Positions 47,523 to 59,566 are shown, numbered from the stretch's first letter. The stretch is 64,000 nt of DNA from Candidatus Nomurabacteria bacterium (GCA_943356525.1 CALRFG010000001.1:75919-139918); one strand, 5' to 3'. Notes: generated by a model not told the origin, from the sequence alone. Numbers and translations: made by a program.

Positions 47523-50147
47523 ATGAAAAAAATATTTTTATCTTTTATATTATTATTAAATTTATTCTTCATCTCCAATACAGCACACGCTCAATATGAA
47601 ATATATCTAACTTCTATTAAATTAGATGTAAGTACGTATGAAGTTGGAGATAAAATTAGCGGTAATTTTGATCTACATAACCTGTCTGTAACATCACAGT
47701 CTGATATCTACTACAACATATATACCGGTTCATACGATGAAAAAACTCTTCAAACAACAACTGTTCAAGGTTTATCTACTAAAGTAGGCCCAGTCTATCT
47801 AAATGGTAAGGATAAGAAAAATATAAAATTTGACTATACATTACCTCTGAGTCTAAGCGGTAAAGCTGCAGTTAAAATAGTTGCTACATTAAAAGATGGT
47901 ACTTTGGTAGGTCAAGATTTTTTACCCATAACTATAACAGGTTCTGCAAAAAGTGAACAAGTTAATATAGAAGATGTTTACCTAAGACTCAATGAACAAG
48001 ATCTTGATGTTTCTCCTGGAGTAGGCCCTATGGTATATGACAAAGAAACTATATCTTACATATATAGTGTATCTACAACAACTAAAGAATATATACTTAC
48101 TCCCACCCTAAATCTATACAATAGAGCTGATAATGCAGAAGCTCTCGTTAAAACAATTGTTTTACCTGAAATAAAGACAAGTAAAACAGAGGTTATAGAG
48201 GTAAAAGTTGATCTACCTACAGACATGGATCCACTTGTTTACTATGGAGTGATTTCATTTGCATCAAAAGATATGGCTGAAATGTCACCAGTAAATTTTA
48301 GATATATAATCGCAGGACCAATAGCGACTATAAGAAACATAAACACAGATGTCTTAGAAACAGTAAAAGGAACAGAAATACCTTTTACAGTTGCTTACGG
48401 AAGACAACCTATAGATGAAATAAGACCTGAAAAACAAATAGCATCAGCAACAACAACTTTGTTTGTAACTATAAAAAATGAAAAGAATGAAATTGTTGGA
48501 AGTATAGAAAAACAGCTTGATCCAAACAAAGACACAATAAACCTTTCTATTACTTCAAAAGTAAAATCAAAGTCTCTATCTTTTGAAGCTGAGATTAAAA
48601 GTCTTGATGGAAAAGTTTTAAGTACATATAAAACATCCTTACCACCAAAAGAAGTTACAGATAATAAAAAAGATTTTAATGTTGTTTATTATTACATTGC
48701 AATATTGGGTTCACTTTTGATATTGTTCTCTATATTTAGATATAAGCATAAGTTTGGACTTAAAAAAATAAATTCCAAAACTAAGAAAGTGTTAATGATT
48801 GCGATGTTGTTTTTGTCAGGTTATGTTGGGGTTAATGCTGAGGCTGAAGTTCTTGAGTCAAATAATAGGGATGGCTTTAATATAACATCAGTATCTTCAC
48901 CTTATCCAAATACTATAGGTATTAACTATTCACCAGGTCAAGCTTTTAATCTATCATTCAATGTTAGCTATAGTGATTGTAATAATAATGTAGTGGATAT
49001 GAAAGCATATGCTGCAAACGGAACAGACGTCGGCTGGAATGGAGATCTAAACTGGTGGACAAATGGTGGAAACGCCACCCTTTTATTAAATCAAAGAAAG
49101 CAAGACGCTTGTAAATATACATGGTATGGTAAGAAAAAATGTCGTCATGATTTTCCTGTCCAAAATTTTACTTTATCCAAAACATACACAGCATCAACTG
49201 CTCCTGGAAATCACAGTATATATTTTTATGTTCATCAGAGAGGTAACTCTGGAAATAAATACATACTTGCAAGACAAACATATTGTGTGGTGGGGGCAGG
49301 TCTTTGTGTTGGAGAGCCTCGTATAATTCCAGACCTATGCCCAAACCTTGAAGGGGTACAAGCTACTATACCTGCAGGATTTGAATTGACTAACGGTCAA
49401 TGTGTACCTATTATTCCAGATATATGTCCAAACATTTCTGAAACACAAGCTTCGATACCTGCAGCAATGGAGTTGATTAATGGTAAATGTGAATATCCGA
49501 TAACTTATGCTTGCGTTAACAGAAACAGTGTTGCTACACAAAATGGTGTGACAATTTCAGATGACAAGAGTGCTGAATGTAATCTAAATGCGTATTGTAG
49601 TGCGACAGTTATCGGAGAAGAAGTTAAGTTCACAGTTGTACCCTTGAAGGACATTGCTACAACAACATACCAAACTAATGGTTATCAAGATATAATACAA
49701 AATCCAGGAACATCCTGGACATACTCAGTTCCAAATAATAAATCGGATCAGACCATGAATGTTACTGTAACAGACAGTTTTGATAACACATCAAAAACTG
49801 TAACATGTAACGCTGATACAAGAGTAACAACCACAAATAATAATCCAACAATAGCTACGAAACCAAATATAACGATAACAAAAAAACCCCTAGTAACCTT
49901 AGATAAAGGTGGAGATTGTACATTGTTATGGAAAATAGAAAATATGCCAGCAAACACAGTCTGTACTTTGAGTAGTATAGGTATTCGAAACGGTCCTATC
50001 ACTATAACCGATGAGTTAAAATCTTACAAAGCAAGCGGTATACAATCAAATACAGAGTTTAAGATAACCTGTGCAGGACCTAACCTAACTACTTCTCTGA
50101 CTGAAACTGAGATATGTCGTGTTAATTCTGAAGTTAAGGAAATATAA
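47523..50147 (+). CDS. Large (874 aa) Cys-rich cell-surface protein of unknown function embedded in the T4P locus.
   Basis: An N-terminal signal peptide is followed by a domain of about 390 aa and then a TM helix plus basic stop-transfer (YYYIAILGSLLILFSIFRYKHK). A second signal-peptide-like segment (KKVLMIAMLFLSGYVGVNAEA) follows, and then a C-terminal domain of about 430 aa with many Cys. It also has an internal tandem motif of about 30 aa (IPDLCPNLEGVQATIPAGFELTNGQCVP / IPDICPNISETQASIPAAMELINGKCEYP). Confidence 0.5.
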   Translation: MKKIFLSFILLLNLFFISNTAHAQYEIYLTSIKLDVSTYEVGDKISGNFDLHNLSVTSQSDIYYNIYTGSYDEKTLQTTTVQGLSTKVGPVYLNGKDKKNIKFDYTLPLSLSGKAAVKIVATLKDGTLVGQDFLPITITGSAKSEQVNIEDVYLRLNEQDLDVSPGVGPMVYDKETISYIYSVSTTTKEYILTPTLNLYNRADNAEALVKTIVLPEIKTSKTEVIEVKVDLPTDMDPLVYYGVISFASKDMAEMSPVNFRYIIAGPIATIRNINTDVLETVKGTEIPFTVAYGRQPIDEIRPEKQIASATTTLFVTIKNEKNEIVGSIEKQLDPNKDTINLSITSKVKSKSLSFEAEIKSLDGKVLSTYKTSLPPKEVTDNKKDFNVVYYYIAILGSLLILFSIFRYKHKFGLKKINSKTKKVLMIAMLFLSGYVGVNAEAEVLESNNRDGFNITSVSSPYPNTIGINYSPGQAFNLSFNVSYSDCNNNVVDMKAYAANGTDVGWNGDLNWWTNGGNATLLLNQRKQDACKYTWYGKKKCRHDFPVQNFTLSKTYTASTAPGNHSIYFYVHQRGNSGNKYILARQTYCVVGAGLCVGEPRIIPDLCPNLEGVQATIPAGFELTNGQCVPIIPDICPNISETQASIPAAMELINGKCEYPITYACVNRNSVATQNGVTISDDKSAECNLNAYCSATVIGEEVKFTVVPLKDIATTTYQTNGYQDIIQNPGTSWTYSVPNNKSDQTMNVTVTDSFDNTSKTVTCNADTRVTTTNNNPTIATKPNITITKKPLVTLDKGGDCTLLWKIENMPANTVCTLSSIGIRNGPITITDELKSYKASGIQSNTEFKITCAGPNLTTSLTETEICRVNSEVKEI

Positions 50148-50227
50148 TATAACTGAAGAATATTCAGTTGATGAAAGTAGATAGGTAAAACATTTTCTGT
50201 TTTACAATTTAATGATATAATTAAAAC

Positions 50228-51436
50228 ATGATTTTCTCATACAAAGCGATCGATGCAACAAATGTACCAATGACTGGTACTATAGAAACAATCAACAAAG
50301 AACAAGCTATAACATCTCTTCAAAAAAGAGGTTACACTATACTTTCTGTAGAATCTGCTGAAGAAAAAAAAGGATTATTTGATAAAAGTTTTAATCTTTT
50401 TGCAGCTGTCAAAAATAAAGACATTGTTATACTTTCTAAACAAATGTCTACGCTATTTACTGCACAAGTTTCAGCCTTACGAATCTTTCAACTATTGTCC
50501 GCCGAGATGGAGAAGCCTTCACTCAGAGATATACTTATAGGTATATCAGATGACATACAAACTGGCTCATCTATATCAAGTGCTTTATCAAAATATCCAA
50601 AAGTTTTCAATAATTTCTACGTAAATATGGTTAAGGCTGGTGAAGAGTCAGGTAAGTTGGATCAAACTTTTGAATACCTGGCTGATTATATGGAAAGAAA
50701 CTACGAAGTTTCATCTAAAGTAAAAAATGCTTTAATATACCCAGCTTTTGTTATAGCAACTTTTATTACCGTTATGGTTCTAATGTTAACTGTTGTTATT
50801 CCAAAGATTTCTTCTATTATCATTGATTCAGGGCAAGAGATTCCTATATATACAAAAGTGGTTATAGCAGCATCAGATTTTTTGATAAATTTTGGTCCAT
50901 TATTTTTGGTCATAATCGTTCTAGGGGGGTTCATTATAGTTAGATATTTTTTATCTGGGAAAAGTAAGAACTTTATATCCCATATAAAGCTTCAGTTACC
51001 CTATATTTCAAATCTATATAAAAAATTATATTTATCTCGTATTTCAGATAATATGAATACTATGTTAACCTCAGGTATACCTATGGTTAAGTCCTTGGAG
51101 TTGACTGCTAATGTTCTTGATAATGTTGTATACGAAGATATGATGAATAACGTTATAGAAGATGTAAAGGCAGGTTTTCCTTTGTCTACGGCTTTCGGTA
51201 AGCATCCAGAGGTACCAGGTATACTTGTTGCTATGACAGCTGTTGGAGAGGAAACGGGAGAGGTAGGTGCCATGCTTAAAACTTTGGCTCGTTTTTATCA
51301 GAAAGAGGTTATGAATGCAGTGGACACATTGGTTGACCTTATTGAACCAATGATGATTGTAATGCTAGGTTTAGGTGTTGGATTTTTACTAGCATCTGTT
51401 TTGATACCAATATATAATATATCTTCAAGTATATAA
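50228..51436 (+). CDS. pilC: Type IV pilus platform protein PilC (GspF family).
   Basis: The protein has two T2SSF repeats and three TM helices. The sequence resembles GspF/PilC. Confidence 0.85.
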   Translation: MIFSYKAIDATNVPMTGTIETINKEQAITSLQKRGYTILSVESAEEKKGLFDKSFNLFAAVKNKDIVILSKQMSTLFTAQVSALRIFQLLSAEMEKPSLRDILIGISDDIQTGSSISSALSKYPKVFNNFYVNMVKAGEESGKLDQTFEYLADYMERNYEVSSKVKNALIYPAFVIATFITVMVLMLTVVIPKISSIIIDSGQEIPIYTKVVIAASDFLINFGPLFLVIIVLGGFIIVRYFLSGKSKNFISHIKLQLPYISNLYKKLYLSRISDNMNTMLTSGIPMVKSLELTANVLDNVVYEDMMNNVIEDVKAGFPLSTAFGKHPEVPGILVAMTAVGEETGEVGAMLKTLARFYQKEVMNAVDTLVDLIEPMMIVMLGLGVGFLLASVLIPIYNISSSI

Positions 51437-51450
51437 AATTACAAATAATA

Positions 51451-52083
51451 ATGAAAATTAATTTATTAAATAATAATATATATAAAAATATAAAAAATAT
51501 AGGCTTTACTATCGTTGAATTGATGGTCGTGGTTGGTATTATGACAGTCATAAGCTCATTAATACTTTTCAATAGTTCAAATCTAAATAGTAGTGTATTA
51601 CTTTCAAACACTGCTTATGAAATTGGGCTTATTATAAGAGATGCACAGGTGGCAGGTCTCGGTGCTAAAGTTATAGCATCTGATGGAAATCAAAACGCAG
51701 CAACAACGTCAAATCAAGGTGTGTATTTTGATATAGCAAATTCACAACAGATTATCTTCTTTGCAGATTTAAATAAGGATAATACTTATAATAATAATGA
51801 AAAAAGCCAGGTTTACATTATAGAAAATAAAGCTGGTAAAGTTTTAAGTATATGTAAGCCAAAATCAAATAATACTTGTACCGATATTATAGAAAATGTA
51901 AGTATTATCTTTAAAAGACCAAATCCTGAGGCGTATTTTTACCCAAAAGAAGAGAATAGTCCCTCAGGCTATCAAGGCAATATTACTATAAATATAGGTT
52001 TTGATAATGGTGAGTGTAGATCTATAACTATTTATAAAACAGGTGGTATACAAATAGATAAAATCTTTTGTCCAACTCGATAA
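51451..52083 (+). CDS. Type IV pilin (major pilin candidate).
   Basis: The prepilin leader ends ...NIG|FTIVELMVVVGI, which is the G/FTxxE class III signal, followed by a hydrophobic alpha1-N helix. C-terminal Cys residues are present. Confidence 0.75.
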   Translation: MKINLLNNNIYKNIKNIGFTIVELMVVVGIMTVISSLILFNSSNLNSSVLLSNTAYEIGLIIRDAQVAGLGAKVIASDGNQNAATTSNQGVYFDIANSQQIIFFADLNKDNTYNNNEKSQVYIIENKAGKVLSICKPKSNNTCTDIIENVSIIFKRPNPEAYFYPKEENSPSGYQGNITINIGFDNGECRSITIYKTGGIQIDKIFCPTR

Positions 52084-52094
52084 ATTAATAATAT

Positions 52095-52775
52095 ATGAAA
52101 AATAAATTTTCTAAAATTAATAAAAAACATAGCAACAAAGGTTTCACCTTAATTGAAACGTTGGTTTCTCTCGGTTTGCTTGCGATGATTCTTGTTATTT
52201 CTGGAGGGACTGTGGTTTCAGTTTTAGATATAAATAAAAGAAATCTAGCAATATCCTCCGTAGTAAATAATCTAAACTATTCTATAGATTCTATGATACG
52301 AGATATAAAAACAGGATATATGTATAAATGCAATTATGCAGGTAATAATACTATTGCAGGTATAAAAAATGATATCAATGAGACATCACCGACTCCTGCA
52401 GACTGTGTTGACGGTGATAGCATAACTTTAATATCAACCATATCTGGTATAGACACTGTTGTTAAATACGAATTTAGTAATAATCAGCAAAAAAATAAAT
52501 ATATAAAAAAAACAGTGTATGATACTTCAGGAATTGCAACTTCATATAGTATAACTGATAATAATAATGTAAATGTTGATAGTTTAAAATTTACAGTTAA
52601 AAATCCTGATGCTTTGGATTGTAGTAAAACAATTTGTGATTATGGTCAACCGTCTGTTGCTATAGTTATAAAAGGTAAAGCAGGTAATCTAAATTTAGAG
52701 GTATCAAATTTTTATCTACAAACTTTTATCTCACAAAGATTAATACATTTAACAGATTTTAAATCCACTCCTTAA
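52095..52775 (+). CDS. Type IV pilin or pseudopilin.
   Basis: The sequence KG|FTLIETLVSLGLLAM is a prepilin cleavage and methylation motif. Confidence 0.7.
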   Translation: MKNKFSKINKKHSNKGFTLIETLVSLGLLAMILVISGGTVVSVLDINKRNLAISSVVNNLNYSIDSMIRDIKTGYMYKCNYAGNNTIAGIKNDINETSPTPADCVDGDSITLISTISGIDTVVKYEFSNNQQKNKYIKKTVYDTSGIATSYSITDNNNVNVDSLKFTVKNPDALDCSKTICDYGQPSVAIVIKGKAGNLNLEVSNFYLQTFISQRLIHLTDFKSTP

Positions 52776-52779
52776 TAAT

Positions 52780-53349
52780 ATGAAAAAAAATATATCACAT
52801 AAACAAAAAGGTTTTACTTTAATTGAGACACTACTAGCTCTTTTCATTTTAACTTTGTCTATCACTGGACCTGTGTATATTGCTTCTGTTGCTTTTCGTA
52901 ACACAATAGATAGTCGTGATAATATTACAGCGCAATATTTAGCAGAAGAAGTTGTTGAGGTTATAAGAAACAAAAGAGATAAAATATCATTATCAAATAA
53001 TATAGTTAATTGGCTGAGTGATATTGAAGGTTGTACTATTACTACTCCATGTCATATGGTAAGTAATCTGAATACATACACTTTTTACCAATGTCCCAAT
53101 GGATGTCCAAATATATCCTTTAACCCAAGTGGTAGCTCTGTTTATGGAGATTCAGGAGTTGCTAATACATCAAAATTTATTAGAGAATTTTATATTGAAA
53201 ATGAAGCAGTAGTAGATGGTCAAATTTTAAGTTATAAATTAGTGGTAAACATGAGATGGAGTGATAAAGGAAGAGATAAAATATATTCTTTAACAGAAAG
53301 ATTATATAAAATTGATTATAAACAATTTTTTTACCCTGATTCAAATTAA
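52780..53349 (+). CDS. Type IV minor pilin or pseudopilin.
   Basis: The sequence KG|FTLIETLLALFILT is a prepilin cleavage and methylation motif. Confidence 0.7.
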   Translation: MKKNISHKQKGFTLIETLLALFILTLSITGPVYIASVAFRNTIDSRDNITAQYLAEEVVEVIRNKRDKISLSNNIVNWLSDIEGCTITTPCHMVSNLNTYTFYQCPNGCPNISFNPSGSSVYGDSGVANTSKFIREFYIENEAVVDGQILSYKLVVNMRWSDKGRDKIYSLTERLYKIDYKQFFYPDSN

Positions 53350-53360
53350 ATATAAATACT

Positions 53361-53954
53361 ATGGATAAAATTTTTAATAAATTAAAAAAAATGAAATATA
53401 GAAACCGTAAGAAAGGTGTAGCCTTAGTTATTGCTCTAACTGTTATGACTTTACTATTATCTATATCTTTTTCCTTATCAAATATAGTTTTAAGGCAGAT
53501 AAAAACCACATATATGATTAATGCATCAAAACCCGCATTCTTTACAGCTGATTCAGCTATAGAATGTGCTATGTATCATGATACTAAGAAAATTTTTGAT
53601 AATGGTGGAAATGACACAAATAAAGATTTTGGTACATCTATATTTGGATCGACAACAGATAACCAATATGCTACAGACCAAATACGATGTGGTGACCTTG
53701 TTATAGGAACAGATAAAGGTAAGCCTTTAGGTTTAACTAAAACTAGAAATACTGAACAAACCAAAGTAATCACAACCTTTGACGTCGTCTATGGTGATAA
53801 ATGCGCCAAAGTCGAAGTTACCAGAACTGATCTTAATACATTGATAGCCGCAAGAGGTTATAATACAGGTGCAAACGAAGCTAAAACCGGTTGCGACTTA
53901 ACTAACATAGATGCTCGGAGATTGGTTGAAAGAGGTTTAACTATTACTTATTAA
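53361..53954 (+). CDS. PilX/GspK-like minor pilin-like protein.
   Basis: The N-terminus RKKGVALVIALTVMTLLL has a basic segment followed by a hydrophobic helix but lacks F/E, which is the GspK/PilX-type pattern. Confidence 0.5.
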   Translation: MDKIFNKLKKMKYRNRKKGVALVIALTVMTLLLSISFSLSNIVLRQIKTTYMINASKPAFFTADSAIECAMYHDTKKIFDNGGNDTNKDFGTSIFGSTTDNQYATDQIRCGDLVIGTDKGKPLGLTKTRNTEQTKVITTFDVVYGDKCAKVEVTRTDLNTLIAARGYNTGANEAKTGCDLTNIDARRLVERGLTITY

Positions 53955-53957
53955 TGA

Positions 53958-56269
<2,312 letters not shown>

Positions 56270-56272
56270 ATA

Positions 56273-56494
56273 TTATTTAAAACCTTTGGCTAATTTATCT
56301 AAATCACCTTTTAATAATTTACCAGCCTTTGCTTCACCTTTTGCTTTTAAAATATGTTGTACAAATACATCTTCCTTCATGTTTTGAATAGCACGTCTAA
56401 CAAGATCAGCTTTACTTGAAGCTTCTCCTAGTTTTACTTGATTATCTATAAAATCATTCAATTCATTTGTTATTGGTATAGTTATTGTTGTCAT
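56273..56494 (-). CDS. Ribbon-helix-helix (ParD/CopG-like) antitoxin.
   Basis: The 73-aa protein has an N-terminal beta strand (TITIPITNELNDFID) followed by two helices (ASSKADLVRRAIQNM). It is adjacent to the toxin gene. Confidence 0.6.
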   Translation of the reverse strand: MTTITIPITNELNDFIDNQVKLGEASSKADLVRRAIQNMKEDVFVQHILKAKGEAKAGKLLKGDLDKLAKGFK

Positions 56495-56511
56495 GTACTA
56501 TAGTATAGTAC
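56495..56511. promoter_or_regulatory. Candidate operator palindrome immediately upstream of the RHH antitoxin start.
   Basis: The sequence GTACTATAGTATAGTAC is a near-perfect 17-nt palindrome (one mismatch) abutting the antitoxin ATG. It sits in the divergent gatC/TA intergenic region. Confidence 0.4.
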
Positions 56512-56593
56512 TATAGAATAGTAAGTCAAGTTTGTGATTTTTGGGGATATATATGGGATTTATATAGTCATATAAATATGCTAAACTGCATAT

Positions 56594-56908
56594 ATGACCA
56601 CTAATTCAAACATAAATGAATCAGATATAACGAAACTAGCCAACTTATCTCGTATAAGTTTAACTGATACTGAAACTACAAAATTTGCTAAAGACTTACA
56701 AACTATAGTGGGTATGATTGATGTTGTAAATAGTACTGAGATATCAGATGAGCTTTTAAAACAAGAAGGATTTGCACCAACAAATGTCACCAGAGAGGAT
56801 ATCTCAAGAGAAACTGACTACATATCAGCACAAGATATTGTTAAAGCTTCCCCAAACCACCAAGACAACTCTATAAAAGTAAAAAAAATATTAGCCGATA
56901 ACGAATAA
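56594..56908 (+). CDS. gatC: Glu/Asp-tRNA amidotransferase subunit C.
   Basis: The sequences ITKLANLSRISLTDTE and KDLQTIVGMIDVV give the GatC pattern. The gene is immediately followed by gatA. Confidence 0.85.
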   Translation: MTTNSNINESDITKLANLSRISLTDTETTKFAKDLQTIVGMIDVVNSTEISDELLKQEGFAPTNVTREDISRETDYISAQDIVKASPNHQDNSIKVKKILADNE

Positions 56909-56912
56909 AACT

Positions 56913-58343
56913 ATGATACAAAATATTCAAGAATTTCATTCAAAATTAATAGATAAAAAAATAACCGTTTCAGAGTTAGTTTCTTATTATTTAAAAAATA
57001 TTGAAGATAAAAATCAAAATTTAAATATATATTTAGAAGTTTTTTCTGATGCGATGGACTATGCAAAAAAGTGCGATACAGAGCTAGAAAATAAATCAAT
57101 AGATGAAATCACAAAAATATTAGAAGATAAAAAACTTTTTGGAGTACCTGTTGCAATAAAAGATAATATCCTTATAAAAGGAAAGATAGCCTCATCATCA
57201 TCAAAGATTCTAGAAAATTATGTAGCTAGTTATGATGCCACCGTTATTATAAAGTTGAGAGATGCTGGTGCAATATTCTTAGGAAGAGTAAATATGGATG
57301 AATTTGCCATGGGAGGTTCTACAGAAAACTCTGCATACGGTGTAACAAAAAACCCATTGAATACAGAATATGTTGCAGGAGGTTCGTCAGGTGGTTCAGC
57401 TGCTGCTGTTTCTGCTGACATGTGTCTTGTAGCTCTTGGGTCTGACACTGGTGGTTCTATAAGGCAACCTGCATCTTACAATGGTATATCAGCATTGAAG
57501 CCAACTTATGGTTCAGTGTCTCGTCATGGTCTTATGGCTATGGCATCTTCATTTGATGTTATAGGTCCATTTAGTAAAGATATAGAAGATGTAAAAAAAG
57601 TATTTGATATTATCAAAGGTGTTGATGACAAAGACTCTACAACTCATATTTTGTTGGAACCAATGTCTAAAAGTAAAATAAAAGTTGGAGTACCAAATGA
57701 ATTTATATTTACAGAAGGTGTAAGTGATGAGGTTAAAGAAAGTATAAAAAATACTATAGAAAAATTAACCCAAAAAGGCATTGAGGTAATTGATATATCT
57801 ATTCCGCTTTTAAAAGAAGCTTTGGCACTCTACTATATACTTGTTCCTGCAGAGGTTTCTTCAAATATGGCAAGATATGATGGTATAAGATATGGAAAAT
57901 CTATAGACACAAAAAATGGTATAGAAGACTATATGCAAACTAGGGGGCAATTGCTTGGCGCAGAAGTTAAGAGAAGAATTATTCTTGGTACATATATACT
58001 ATCAGCCGGTTATCATGATGCCTATTATAAAAAAGCACTTATATTGCGTGAAAAATTGACACAAGATATAAAAGAAAAATTTAAAGATATTGATGTTATT
58101 TTGACACCAACAACACCAGATACAGCTTTCAAGATTGGTGAAAAGATAACAGATCCTCTTACGCTTTATCTAGCTGATATCTTTACTGTTACAGCTAACC
58201 TGGTTGGTATGCCCGCTATATCTATTCCGTATAAAAATGATAAAGATGAAAATGGTACTGAAAATAAAATGCCACTTGGTTTACAATTTATGGCGAATAC
58301 TGATGATGAAAATGTATTATTTTCTATAGCAAAAGTGTTATAA
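56913..58343 (+). CDS. gatA: Glu/Asp-tRNA amidotransferase subunit A.
   Basis: The amidase signature GGSSGGSAAAVSADMCLVALGSDTGGSIRQPAS is present and the length is 476 aa. Confidence 0.9.
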   Translation: MIQNIQEFHSKLIDKKITVSELVSYYLKNIEDKNQNLNIYLEVFSDAMDYAKKCDTELENKSIDEITKILEDKKLFGVPVAIKDNILIKGKIASSSSKILENYVASYDATVIIKLRDAGAIFLGRVNMDEFAMGGSTENSAYGVTKNPLNTEYVAGGSSGGSAAAVSADMCLVALGSDTGGSIRQPASYNGISALKPTYGSVSRHGLMAMASSFDVIGPFSKDIEDVKKVFDIIKGVDDKDSTTHILLEPMSKSKIKVGVPNEFIFTEGVSDEVKESIKNTIEKLTQKGIEVIDISIPLLKEALALYYILVPAEVSSNMARYDGIRYGKSIDTKNGIEDYMQTRGQLLGAEVKRRIILGTYILSAGYHDAYYKKALILREKLTQDIKEKFKDIDVILTPTTPDTAFKIGEKITDPLTLYLADIFTVTANLVGMPAISIPYKNDKDENGTENKMPLGLQFMANTDDENVLFSIAKVL

Positions 58344-58352
58344 TTAAAACAT

Positions 58353-59198
58353 ATGGCCTCGGATATAAAACCTGAAAAAAAAGAAGCTCCTTTGGGGGTA
58401 AAAAAACCAGCTCCAATCTCAGGTATTTTATGGGAAGAAGTTTTACTTTTGATCCTTGGCATTATAGCTTTACTTTTTGTTTTTATACCAAGAATTTTCC
58501 CACAAGAAAATACTACAACAAACATAGGCTCAAACCAAACTCAAAACCAATCGTTTAATATAAAAGAAACATACAATAATATATTTAAAGAACGAAATGA
58601 AGTGGTTCGTGATAATAGTGGTCAACTTGTAGAAATAAAAAACCCGAGTTTATTGGATGAGAGTAGTTTAAGATTTAGTGATTTTATACAAAATACAGTA
58701 AAAATAGTTTTTTCTGTATTGATATTTTTAATATTACTTTTCTCTGCAATTATTTATTATAACAAATTTAGAAAAGAATTGATTGTTGCGGCCTATAAGA
58801 AAAATTTTGCACCAGAGGAAAAAGATCTTGATACAAAAAACGAAAAGATTTTGGAGAAGTCTGAACCAGACAATAACGGTATTATAAATCCACGATGGCA
58901 AGTTATTGGCAGATACTACAATTCTGCAAATCCTTCAGATTGGAAACTTGCAGTTATTGAAGCTGATATTATGCTTTATGAAGTTTTAGATAAAAGTGGT
59001 TTCCCCGGGGACTCTATAGGTGAGATGTTGAAAAATACAGACAGGTCAAAACTACAAACTTTAGACCTTGCATGGTCAGCCCATAAGATACGAAATGAAA
59101 TAGCGCACAGTGGTTTGGATTATATACTAACAAGACATACTATAGAGCAGGCTATTGGAAATTATGAGAAGGTTTTTGAAGAGTTAAATTTTATTTAG
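58353..59198 (+). CDS. Two-TM membrane protein with a C-terminal domain carrying a HEPN-like Rx4H motif.
   Basis: It has TM helices near residues 30-50 and 120-140. The C-terminal domain of about 130 aa contains SAHKIRNEIAHSG, which is an R-N-x-x-x-H arrangement typical of HEPN/DUF4145-type domains. The call rests on this motif alone. Confidence 0.4.
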   Translation: MASDIKPEKKEAPLGVKKPAPISGILWEEVLLLILGIIALLFVFIPRIFPQENTTTNIGSNQTQNQSFNIKETYNNIFKERNEVVRDNSGQLVEIKNPSLLDESSLRFSDFIQNTVKIVFSVLIFLILLFSAIIYYNKFRKELIVAAYKKNFAPEEKDLDTKNEKILEKSEPDNNGIINPRWQVIGRYYNSANPSDWKLAVIEADIMLYEVLDKSGFPGDSIGEMLKNTDRSKLQTLDLAWSAHKIRNEIAHSGLDYILTRHTIEQAIGNYEKVFEELNFI

Positions 59199-59247
59199 GT
59201 TGATTTTTACCCAAAATTAAGTTATTATATTAAAACGTCCAACAAAT

Positions 59248-59319
59248 AGCGGGATGTCAGTAACAGTAACTGGCCAGGCTCATAACCTGGAGATCTTGGT
59301 GCAAATCCGAGTCCCGCAA
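59248..59319 (+). tRNA. tRNA with anticodon CAT, possibly an initiator. Structural details are non-canonical.
   Basis: The anticodon arm CCAGG-CTCATAA-CCTGG, D-arm CAGT..ACTG (A11:U24) and acceptor GCGGGA/TCCCGC are recognisable. The 1:72 pair is non-Watson-Crick and the T-loop reads TGCAAAT instead of TTCAAAT. The exact ends are uncertain by 1 nt. Confidence 0.5.
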
Positions 59320-59337
59320 CAAGCAAATGCTTATCAC

Positions 59338-59414
59338 GTCTGTGTAGCTCAGTCGGTTAGAGCGTGGGACTCATAAGCCCAAGGTCGAAGGTTCGATTCC
59401 TTCCACAGACACCA
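59338..59414 (+). tRNA. tRNA-Met (or Ile2), anticodon CAT, with an encoded CCA.
   Basis: GTCTGTG-TA-GCTC-AGTCGGTTA-GAGC-G-TGGGA-CTCATAA-GCCCA-AGGTC-GAAGG-TTCGATT-CCTTC-CACAGAC-A-CCA is a clean cloverleaf. The 1:72 pair is G:C, so this is an elongator-type tRNA. Confidence 0.8.
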
Positions 59415-59484
59415 GTGTGGTAAAAACACACTTGAGAATGACCATTTATTATGTTAATAATAGATGTATCCACACAAATATAAT

Positions 59485-59558
59485 GCGGTGGTAGCTCAGC
59501 TGGTTAGAGCGTCCGCCTGTCACGCGGAAGGTCGTGGGTTCAAGTCCCATTCACCGCG
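59485..59558 (+). tRNA. tRNA-Asp, anticodon GTC.
   Basis: GCGGTGG-TA-GCTC-AGCTGGTTA-GAGC-G-TCCGC-CTGTCAC-GCGGA-AGGTC-GTGGG-TTCAAGT-CCCAT-TCACCGC-G is a clean cloverleaf. It is followed by a hairpin terminator at 59567-59593. Confidence 0.85.
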
Positions 59559-59566
59559 CATTAATA

